From Podarcis liolepis (lineage: Eukaryota), in the NCBI GenBank assembly GCA_965112155.1, contig OZ218103.1: a stretch of 64,000 nucleotides of DNA; one strand, written 5' to 3'. Below the pieces are notes generated by a model. It was not told where the DNA came from, did not search any database, and saw only the letters and a program-made list of their open reading frames with translations. Below are positions 28,201-37,700 of this stretch, piece after piece. Position 1 is the stretch's first letter; each line of letters starts with the position of its first letter. Both the position numbers and the translations under genes were made by a program.

Positions 28201-30550
28201 GGTATTACAGACAGACCTTCAGTACCACAGAGACGTGTCTTCCATTATGGAGGATGCCAATGGGAACCAGCCAGAAAAGAACAGCTATAATCCCTGGGGA
28301 CTGTACTGCCATAAACAGCATCTAAACCGCATGTCTTCGAAGTATAATGAGAACAAACTTCATCGTATCTTTTTCCTAGCTGTTTTTCTACATTTTATTT
28401 TATTTTTATAATCCCAAGGTTGCAATGCAGAACTCCCAGTATCCCTTTCACTTTTAATAATAGATGAGCATTTCAACATACATATATATATCGTGGATAA
28501 CTTGTTCTAATTTTAGGCTCTAGCAGTACTGGATAAAAAAGAAATACATAAGGAACATTCCCGTACAGTTTAGTCATAATAAGTTATGGTATTTGTTTCA
28601 GTGGGACTGGAACACTTACTTGGGAGTAAGTGCATGGAACTCAATGAGACATACTTACAAGCAGGCAAGTATCACAGTGTTAGTCACAACCAATATATGC
28701 TGGATTTTGCCCACATTCCCAAGCACTGTATGAACCTTGTCTCAAAAATACTGAAACAATAAATCAAAAAAATGCAAATAAATGTTTATTTATATTATTT
28801 CTAGTCCACCTTATAACAGAAGTTCTCTGTCACAAGGTGCCATGTTCACAATATCGGAGGGAGGAGAATTGCATATCATAGATTTTTAGCTTCACTGTTT
28901 TATTCCGTGTATAGGAAGCTGAGTTTCAAAATATGAAAAGCTGAGTTTTGCACTCCTCTAATATCACTTTGACAATTTTTAAAAGCTATGCATTCAAATG
29001 TAAAAGTTTCAAAGGGAAGTTTTAAGCAGTCTGGATTTGCTCTGATTTTCCTTTCAGCTCTACTTTATGTCACTCAGTGGAAAAAAGGGGGGGGAGTCTA
29101 CATGCACAAAAATCTGTCTGAAGTCATGTAAGACCCAGCTCCTGATACACATCTCAAAGCCCAATCATGTAATAAGAACTTCCTAGCAACCTTTATGCAT
29201 TGGTTGGTGTCCTTTATACCTGGAAAGCCTCCACCAGCCTTTAGCAGTGACTGAAAATGATGGACAGCTCAGAGGCAGTAGAACACCCCCAGGATAAATG
29301 AGTTGAGATGGAAACAAAAAGCTGGTCAGGGGAGCTAGCGCAGGTGGACTGCAAAGTTTTGCTACAGTTGTAAACCTAAGTAAAAAAAAAATTGATTTCC
29401 TTAACTCATGTGTCCAGAATTTTTGTTGCTTGAAAATGTGGTATCCAAATATAAATGCCCTTGCATTCTGGACTTGAAGATGGGAACCAGACAGCATGGT
29501 GATGATGCATCAGAGGAGAAGAAAGCACGCCAAATAAAGAAGTGTGAACAGAGCACATCAGCATCCCTTGGAGCCCGTATTTGTGGGATGCAGGTAAGAA
29601 CAGCTCATTCTAGTGTTTCAAAAAAAGAAAAGAAGCACACAGGTGTGTCATCAGAGAGTACATTCTTCAACAAAGAAATAGGGCTTGGAATGAAACTATA
29701 ATATATACCAACTGAGAATGTAGCGTTAGGAAAAATAACATTATTGATTTTACAGCTCAGCTTTAGCCTGACTATTTCCTTTGTAAAAAAAAAAATGAGA
29801 TAATAAACCTGAAATATTTGTTGATTTGTGAAGGTTGTCTAGCATAGAAAGGTGAAAGACACCTCCTATATATTATAGCTTTTTTTAAAAAAAACTTCCT
29901 ACTTTTTTATGCAAAAACAGAGTACAGTCCTCATGTTGTTGAAAATCAGTAACAAAATCCCCTCAGAGTAGCTGTTGTTGCTAAAACGATTAAGACCCTG
30001 TAACACCCTAAAAATAAGAACAACCTATTGAAAATAACTTCTCAAACAGCTAATGTGTTGTCCTTTGTTCCTTTTTCCCAAGGTCTACCAGGCAGACACT
30101 GTTCAATATCTCTGCAAAGATAAGTACTATGGTCGGAAACTCTCACCAGACGGCTTCAGGCAAGCCCTCTTGCAGTTCCTTCACAATGGGAATCGCCTCC
30201 GAACGGATCTTGTGGAACCCATTGTGTCTCAGTTGAAGGCTCTGCTGTCGATCATCAAAAAGCAGAACTCTTACCGGTTCTACTCCAGCTCGCTTCTCAT
30301 AAACTATGAGGGACTGGAGAAAGCAACGCCTTCAGACAATCACCCTCAGGGACACTGTCAGCATAGCAGCTGCTCTCTTCCACATGGAAACAGCCACCCC
30401 AAAGTGGATGTCCGTATGATTGACTTTGCTCATACAACCAACAAAGGCTCTAGGTTTAATCACACCGTCTATGAGGGACCAGATCATGGCTACATTTTTG
30501 GTCTAGAAAACCTAATAAAAACTTTTCAGAGTATCTCTGTGGGAGAATGA
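16084..30550 (+). CDS. IP6K3: Inositol hexakisphosphate kinase 3, complete spliced CDS: join(16084-16282,26968-27178,28186-28364,29418-29593,30083-30550), 410 aa
   Basis: Exons of 199+211+179+176+468 nt join in frame at GT-AG sites. Contains IP6K motifs [41 protein letters not shown] (PxxxDxKxG), [16 protein letters not shown] and [10 protein letters not shown]. The N-terminus MVVQN and the position next to UQCC2/ITPR3 identify paralogue 3. Confidence 0.96.
17758..17981. mobile_element. Tigger/pogo-like MITE
   Basis: CAGTGATACCTC...GAGGTACCACTG termini, TA TSD. Confidence 0.85.
18546..18779 (+). mobile_element. Tigger/pogo-like MITE
   Basis: TIR CAGTGGTACCTCGGGTTA, TA TSD; near-identical to the copies at 37232 and 43769. 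Confidence 0.9.
19490..19950 (+). mobile_element. L2-like LINE 3' fragment (degenerate)
   Basis: ATCACACC..CACTGGCTCCC..TTGACCTTT..GGGACCAGGGTACCTGAAG..TTGTAAATTGCTTTGG pattern recalled from L2 3' ends. Confidence 0.45.
24996..25190 (-). mobile_element. Squamate tRNA-derived SINE (MIR/Squam3-like), degenerate
   Basis: The minus strand begins TGTGGTGCAGTGGTTAGAGC (A box) ... GAATTCAAATCC (B box) and ends in an (AAT)n tail. Confidence 0.6.
26353..26487 (+). mobile_element. tRNA(Lys)-like-head SINE with CR1-type tail
   Basis: AGCTCAGCTGGTAGAGCATGAGATTCTTAATCTCAG..GTTTGAGTCC head; tail CCCTTCCAACTCTACAATTCTGTGATT; second copy at 39944-40087. Confidence 0.8.
26968..27178 (+). CDS. IP6K3: IP6K3 coding exon 2 (GIVSVHLKK...TTKD)
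   Basis: Pyrimidine tract plus aag| acceptor; AG|gtaagg donor; phase 1 in, phase 2 out. Confidence 0.92.
28186..28364 (+). CDS. IP6K3: IP6K3 coding exon 3 (SCQGK...YNPWGL...ENKLH)
   Basis: tag| acceptor; donor C|gtatcttt (U12-like); the frame matches both neighbours. Confidence 0.92.
28365..29417 (+). other. IP6K3: U12-type (minor spliceosome) GT-AG intron of IP6K3
   Basis: 5'SS GTATCTTTT; perfect branch site TTCCTTAAC at 29397-29405 with the branch A 13 nt before the terminal G; no long pyrimidine tract. Confidence 0.85.
29418..29593 (+). CDS. IP6K3: IP6K3 coding exon 4 (QFLLLENVV...PCILDLKMG...ICGMQ)
   Basis: TTCCTTAAC branch site plus ccag| acceptor; CAG|gtaaga donor; carries the catalytic PxxxDxKxG motif. 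Confidence 0.96.
30083..30550 (+). CDS. IP6K3: IP6K3 last coding exon (VYQADT...SISVGE*)
   Basis: Pyrimidine tract plus aag| acceptor; SSLL and IDF motifs; TGA at 30548-30550. Confidence 0.96.
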   Translation, partial: VYQADTVQYLCKDKYYGRKLSPDGFRQALLQFLHNGNRLRTDLVEPIVSQLKALLSIIKKQNSYRFYSSSLLINYEGLEKATPSDNHPQGHCQHSSCSLPHGNSHPKVDVRMIDFAHTTNKGSRFNHTVYEGPDHGYIFGLENLIKTFQSISVGE

Positions 30551-30980
30551 CAACGACTGAACTACCGAGAGACCTTGTGGTTGTAAAAGGCACACCCCAT
30601 ACTTCAGAGCAATGGCTCTCCCAGCAACTATGTCACAGCCAGAGTTTTCAGGAGGTGAACTGATGGCATATTAGGAAAAACTCTGAAGATACTAAATGCT
30701 ATTGTGGATTACACAGAATTCATCATACCTGCGATCTATAAGAAGGTTATTGCCCTTCCTTGTTTTATCGTTGTCCATTCATATCATTTCTCAGCTAGAA
30801 GGAAATGTTACTTGAAAATCATTTTAGGACTTGTTCATAAAGCACCGTTTAGACTTGCAAGGCCAACAGAGGCCAAACACATGCCATGCTCCTGAAAAGG
30901 GTGGTGTAGATAGTTTAGCAAGTCCTTAAAAACCTCCAGCTTTACTTTTTAATTCGCTGTTTGATGGGCCAAGGACTTTC

Positions 30981-30986
30981 AATAAA
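30981..30986 (+). terminator. Candidate IP6K3 polyadenylation signal AATAAA (a second one lies at 31158-31163)
   Basis: First canonical hexamer after the stop codon, about 430 nt downstream. Confidence 0.5.
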
Positions 30987-31393
30987 GCAATCAGATGACA
31001 ACCATGCTCCACAAGCTCAGGCACCACCAAACTCTGGCACTTTAAAAATGGACTGTAGATCAATTCCTTGATTCTTTATATTCCATACCAGAGTGTGTGG
31101 GGGAAAGTATTCTCCAAGGAATCTATGTGTCAGCCGAAAGGAGTGAGTGAGTAAAGCAATAAAAAGCAGGCGCAGAAGCAGGCAGGGGCGAGATAGCCCC
31201 TCCTGGAATAAGGCAGTGCTTTCAAAGGTTCTCTCATGGAAGAGCTAGAAGGGCTGTTACGGAGAGGGTGCAAAATCTGTGGAATAACAGTCATAAATGA
31301 ATTCATGTCATGGCTTTTTATATTGGAGAGACGTCACCTGAGGAATTAGACAGGCCTTGAAGACATGCGTGCACAGATATCAGGGTTAGGGCC

Positions 31394-31860
31394 CAGAGGC
31401 GGAGCTAGCTGCTCCGGCACCCAGAGCAGCACACATGCTGTGCACCTGGGGGCGGGGCCATGGGGGCGGGGCGAGTGTCTCATGGGGAGAGACGCCCATG
31501 AGGGCAGAGTGAGCTGCCCATAGCAGGCTGCTTTCAGGGGGAGAAGGGAGTTGCGCTGCTTTGCCAGGAGCCTTCCTCCCTTCTCTCTTCCTTTTGCCAG
31601 CTCAGGGGAGGCTCCCCCTCCCCACAGGAAGCAGCCTGGGAGCCGGGGGCAAGGGCGCACCGCCCAAACGCGACTCCCAAACCTCCCCCAAGTTGTCAAA
31701 ATGAAGGGAGAAGGCCGCTAGGAAGGCGGCGCACCTCCGCCCCTTCCCCCGACGGCTCGGGGTAGGCTTGGGAGTCACAGGTGGCCGCCACGTCGAATGT
31801 CACCCCCCTCAGTGATGACACCCGGGGCGGTCCGCCCCCGGCCCCCTTCTTCTTCCCCTG
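31394..31860. mobile_element. GC-rich non-autonomous hAT element (467 bp)
   Basis: CAG...CTG termini with perfect 8-bp TSD TTAGGGCC (31386-31393, 31861-31868); the TIR is degenerate. Confidence 0.7.
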
Positions 31861-32907
31861 TTAGGGCCCAAGTGTCATCTAGATGTTTTGTGTTGCATTT
31901 CTGTGCATGTGTGTGCGCGCCGACAAAACTTGACAAAATGTTTACAGACTTTGTTAATCTTTGTGAATATGGAACCACCAACTAACTGATTCCTTCCTGT
32001 GTCCTATGTCACATGGGAAAACTGTTAGAATATGTTTAAATAGAGAGAAGCCCAAAATGGGAATGTCAAACTGTAAATAAATTGCATAGGCCGTGTAACA
32101 AACTGGTTAAGTCTGTGTTTCCTTTCTGCTGTTTCTTAAAGATCTGTGGGCATTTGCATAATTGCTGTAAAAATCATCGTTTCCCCTCGTTTAAATTTCA
32201 GGCCTCCAGGGAAATCCTTTTGCTGCCTATGTGTTGCCTGTGGCTTGCGAATAGCCGCAGATTGTGACAGGAAGATTAAATCATTAGGCCCAGTACATGC
32301 TCCGCTTAGACTGCTACCCAGCTGCAGGAAATTGCTAAAAGAAGTAATTCACAATACCAAATATTGCTAACATGCAACTGACAGCGAACATCCGGAGCAG
32401 AAGCATTTGAGCTGTCAAAGTCTCCAGGCACAAATAGCTGTTGTCTTCATTTGCACTGCTCATAGAATTCAAATCCTTGTTACACGTAAAAAGAAAAAGA
32501 AAAAAGAATCACTCTTCCCCACCCCTTCAAAAAGTAATTACTACAAATTGAAGTTTCCAGAGGGATAGCCATTTTTGTTGCTGCAAAAATAATCAAGCGT
32601 ATTGTGGAGACTTAAAAGCCACCGGTGCCAACTAGCAAAGTCGTACTCAGAACAGTCATATGGAATCTGCATACATATTTTAAAAAAAACATTGTGAAAA
32701 TGCTTTTTAAAAAAAAACGTTTTGAAAAATAAATAGAATTTTGCATAGCTCAGTGTCGCCATCTAGTGTCACACTTGTATATTGCACTTTACAACACATT
32801 TAAAATGTTTTATTTGCAGAGTAAACCCACTGAAATCCATAGACTTAAGTTAGCCAAGTTATATCCATTGATCTTAATGGGTCTACTGTGACCACCAGAT
32901 ACCATCC

Positions 32908-32965
32908 TAACACATTTTATTATGGCATGGAGTTTCATGGACTTGAGCCCACATCATCAGATGCA
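32908..32965 (-). mobile_element. Penelope pLTR relic with degenerate hammerhead motif
   Basis: Minus strand GCAT-CTGATGA-T-GTGGGC-TCAA-GTCCAT-GAAA-CTCC-ATGC followed by CATAATAAAATGTGTTAG. Confidence 0.6.
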
Positions 32966-34279
32966 AATGTAGTTCATTTTCTGCCAGGAGTCAGACAACA
33001 ACTGTGCATTTTACATATTGTAGGCTATCCAACTAGCCCTTCTGTGTTAACCATATGATTGCATCTTGGAAAGAAGAGCCTTAAAATTATGTGTGGCTGT
33101 GCAGATTAAGACTGCAATTCTGTCAACATTTACTTCGCAGTGAATCCCAATGAATTCTTACTTTGAAGTAAGCATGAATAATATGGTACAGCATAGCTGC
33201 CGTCCTGAACTTGCTCCTGAAAGACTAAGTCCCACTGCATTAAATGAGACTCACTTCTGAATTAACCCCTAAAAGGTACTATGCATCTCATAGAGGGAAG
33301 TAAGAAAAAGATCGCATAAAACTAGCCATGTAAAGCACGTGGCTTCCCCCAAAGAAGACTGGGAATCTGAGTTTGTTACGGGTACTGGGAATTACTGCTC
33401 TGTGAAGGATAAACTACAATTCCCAGAATTCTTTGGGAGAAATCATGTGTGAATCAAACTCAAACCCTCTTTTGCTGCTTTGCATAAGACGACGCCCCTA
33501 CCAATCCCTCTCCACTCCCAACACGGGCGCACCAGCAAATACCGAAGAATGAGCGCCATCCCTAAAGTCTTCCCAATCCAACGAATCTTCATAGAGATAG
33601 AAAAAGATAACGATGTAACATGTTGCCAGATTTCTTGTTTCTGTGGACTCCGCCCCCGCACCCCTTGCGCAAACCCACAGAAACCGATAGAGAAATTCTG
33701 GATTCTACCGCAGCTGTCATTGGGCGGCCAAAGAAATTTCAAAAGATAGCAGCAAAGACAGGAGTCGTGCTCTTTGTAATTCGTGACTTGTTTCTTATTG
33801 TGACAAACGAATGCAGTTAGTTTCTGAACATTTATTAATGCAAAATGTCTGCGGGCAAGCTTCTGTATGCTACTGAAGGAATTTAGGGAGATCGACTTTG
33901 GCTGCAATTTGGGGGTGTTTGGCGTGAATCTTTCTCTCTTCTTTTCCTCCACCCCCCAAAAAAATCCAAGCAAGTCTCAGACTGAACCCCAAAGTGCAAC
34001 CCTGCAGAGCTGTCATAAAGCGCTGGTCTCAACCGCACATTTTCCAACTTCGGGAAATGATGGTCGGTATTTGGAATTTGCATTGGCAGGGCTACTTTTC
34101 AAATGCTCAATTAGTCCCGAGTCAGGAGGAGGAGCTTGAAGTCCCTTTGCCGCTAACTCATAGTTTTCAGTGGGCACGACCCAGCTGCTCAATCACAGCG
34201 ACCGTATCCCAGATTTCTCCGTTCATTTCCATGAATCCGTTTCGCCAATGTAAACCCGGAATGTTGTCATCCTGAAACA

Positions 34280-34700
34280 GAGAGGCGCCTCTCTAATTTT
34301 TCTTATCTCTGCGGCCCCGCGGGTCTGGGAAGCTCTCTGGTTTCATCTGCGCACGTACCAATCCGCTCTCTCCGCTTTAACTAGAGAGGAACTAGAGAGT
34401 CGGAGGAGCCAATCGCCGCGCCTCCGTTGGGAATACTAATAACGGGATTAGCATAGCCCGGACCACGTGAGCCACGCGCCAATGGTGTCGTGCAGGCGTC
34501 TGCCAAGATGGCGGTGACGCGGTACCGGCGCTTCTTGAAGCTCTGCGAGGAGTGGCCCGTGGAAGAGACCAAGCGCGGGCGAGACTTGGGCACCTTCCTT
34601 CGGCAGAGGGTGGCGCAGGCCTTCCGCGAGGGAGAGAACACGCAGGTGGGGCGGGGGCGACGCCCGGAGGGGGAGGGGGTAGGTCGGCGCCCTGGCCAGC
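34280..34700 (+). promoter_or_regulatory. CpG-island promoter of UQCC2
   Basis: CpG-dense; CCAAT boxes at 34358, 34409 and 34479; E-box CACGTG at 34464; YY1 motif CAAGATGGCGG at 34504-34514; GC box after the exon 1 donor. Confidence 0.8.
34508..34645 (+). CDS. UQCC2: UQCC2 exon 1 (coding part)
   Basis: aagATGG start inside a CpG island; CAG|gtgggg donor. Confidence 0.96.
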
Positions 34701-37700
34701 TGGTCCCCGTATTATTTAAATCACATTTATGTGGCGTGTTTAGGGTGGCCACCCTTGTTCTGGCAAAATACAGGGCGGTTTGATCTGGTGCTGAAGTGAC
34801 TTCAAAGCAATACAGTCTATTTCAGACGAACAGCCCCTCTGGAACTTGTCACACGTGCATACATACACGTGAATTTGTAAACCTGTCTGTGCTTAAGCAC
34901 ATGACCTTTCGCACGCCCTTTCCAACACGTGCATTTGGAGAGGATCCGTAACTCGGGGGAGAGAGAGCTCAAATACAGGGCGTAGCATTTTGCATGAAAT
35001 ATGTCCTGTATTAAACAGGAGGGGTGGCAGCCCCTGTGTGTTTGTGCCTCTGTGTGATCCTTTCAGGGTCGGATTTAGGTTTGATGAGGCCCAAGCTACT
35101 GAAGGTAATGGAGCCCTTTATATGTCCAGCTGTCCTTTGTCAACAACAAATGGTCACTGTTTTTTGTGTTGAACATATGCTATTTGGTAATTTATGGACC
35201 TAATAGGTATCTAAAGCCATTTGCACATAAAATATGTATTTTATCAAAGTAATTATTGAACTGAAATACAATTAAGAAGTATATTAATAATGAAACAATT
35301 ATTAAGCTCTCACTGTATGTAGGTTTTATTTTATTTATTTTATATCTTATATTTTGGAAAAGTACATCCAATATATTTTCCTTAAATTTTTTTGGGCCCC
35401 CCAAGAGGGTGGGGCCCTAAGCTATAGCTTGTTTAGCTTATATGTAAATCTGGCACTGGATGTTTGCGTAGCGAAATGGTGAAGAGACGGCACAGGCTTC
35501 TCGGTGCTTAGTCCCAAATATAGTCATACCTTGGAAGCCAAACAGAATCCGTTCCGGAAGTCCTTTAAATTTCCAAAACGTTCGGAAACCAAATCGCGGC
35601 TTCCGATTGGCTGCAGAAGCCACGTTGGATATTCCAGCTTCCAAAGAACATCCGCAAACAGGAACACTTCCAGGTTTGCAGCATTTGGGAGCCAAAACGT
35701 ACAAGTGCCAAGGCGATTGGCTTCTAAGGTACAACTGTATTTCTGTGTCTTCAGTGAGGCTTACTCTCCAGGTAAGCGTGCACAGGATTTTAGCCTGAAT
35801 CAAGCAGGCCCTAGGGTGAGTCATGCCTGTGCTCAGGGCCAGCCCAACACATTTTAGCACCTGAGGTGAACCATTAAGATGATGTTCCCACTTTCCGGGC
35901 CAGAGAAGAAGGGGGGAATGAAGATCTAAATCAGGGGCAACAGGAGAAGAAAGCTCTTCATTGGTATATGCTACCCTATGGATCCTGCTGCCTGAGGTGG
36001 TTGCCTCATGCTAGAGGCCGGCCCTGCTAGAGTAGCCAGATTTGAATACAGGGTGGGGTCCCTGCAACTTTAATAGTTGTTCAGAAGAGGGGTGCTTTTG
36101 GCAGGTGTCCCTGCCATGCAAGCAATTTTTAAGGTGCAGGAACCCTGCCTTTTATATCAATGGGCATCGTCCAAGACATTCTGCTGCCTGAGGTGAATCC
36201 TTCCCTCCCCAAGTCAAGAGGTGGAGTATGCCAAGGCCAGTCATGTTGTTATTTGGGCAGCTGAGGCAGAAAATCCTACAAGCGTCTCTCCCCTGTTCTG
36301 GCAGTAAAATACAATAATAAATGCATCATAGCTTGGTACCCTTTCATGACTCTCAAAATCAGCTGCCTCTTGTGCTGCCTAATATTAGAGCCGGCACTGT
36401 GCATCTGACCATTCTGCTCTCAGGTTTCCAGGAGAATTAATGAACTCCATTTTAGAGCTCTTCACTATCTAAATGCTTTTAATATATATGTATATATCTT
36501 ATTTGAGACCTCACTCTTTGTTTAATGGGACTTGGTGCCAAGGGGCAGAGCAATCTGCACCCCACTTGCAATGGGCTGGGAAGGCTAAGCTAAATGGTCA
36601 GGAGTGCCATTGATGGGATATCCAGTAACAGTGTGCAAGATCCCCAAATGGGGTATTCCTGGGCTTGAGCCGATCTCACTGCTGCTGTGCAACAGCATGA
36701 GGCCCAATCCAATTTCATGTTGCAATTGTACTGCCCCCAGTACAACAATTGTACTGTTTGCACCAGGGCTCTGAATGCAGTATTAGCCATGTAAGCAGCA
36801 GGAGTGAGGGTTGAGTTACAACTTTAATATGCAGGTTGCTTCACTGTGGGTTTTTGACACTTCAGAATGAAAAGATTCCATTGGAAATGGGGTGACAAGT
36901 TAGAAAGTTCTTCAGGTTTTTTCCTGTGTAAGGTGGGATTGCCCTCCACCGCAGCATGTGGCAAGGAAGGATATAAATGTAATTATGATATCAGTTGCAT
37001 GAAATTCTCTGATAAACTGCTCTTGGCAGGAGTAAATGATTGAAGTGCTGTATAAAAATACTTAGATAAATTCACTTCTCCCCAAGCCACTTACCATGAC
37101 TGCTGTGTAATGTCCATAGCCTCTGTTTTTCTCTGGATTATAGCACAATTTTTGAAAAGACCCAATCACAGGAACACACCTCTTGTTCCAGGTGGCTTAA
37201 GAGGTTAAGGCTGTGGCTTTAATAGCATATACAGTGGTACCTCGGGTTAAGAACTTAATTCATTCCGGAGGTCTGTTCTTAACCTGAAACTGTTCTTAAC
37301 CTGAAGCACCACTTTAGCTAATGGGGCCTGCCGCTGCACCGCCACTGAACGATTTCTGTTCTCATCCTGAAGCAAAGTTCTTAACCCAAGGTACTATTTC
37401 TGGGTTAGTGGAGTCTGTAACCTGAAGCGTCTGTAACCTGAGGTACCACTGTATAGAGACTTTTGGCAAGTACATTTCGACAGGCAGTGGTGAAAAGAGC
37501 TTCACATGTTGAAATTCCCTCTTTTGACTGACTCCAGTAAAATATACTCTTATGTGTATTATTATCATCACAGTGCTCTACAAATGGGTGTCATATTAAT
37601 TCTTACATGGAAATTCCTTTTCAGAAATTTAGTATATGATGTGAACCTTGGTGCAGTGGGGAACTTGAAGGTAGGGACAGATGAAATGAATAGTAGGTAT

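Noticed and set aside
27810-28325. 171-aa ORF in IP6K3 intron/exon
   Set aside because: Non-ATG start, runs out of frame across the true exon, and shows no recognisable homology.
33443-34275. Overlapping ORFs of 66-176 aa upstream of UQCC2
   Set aside because: No recognisable domain, no convincing splice sites, and mutually overlapping frames; treated as chance ORFs in promoter-proximal DNA.
34381-34752. 123-aa antisense ORF over UQCC2 exon 1
   Set aside because: Expected by-product of a GC-rich coding exon and CpG island; no independent support.
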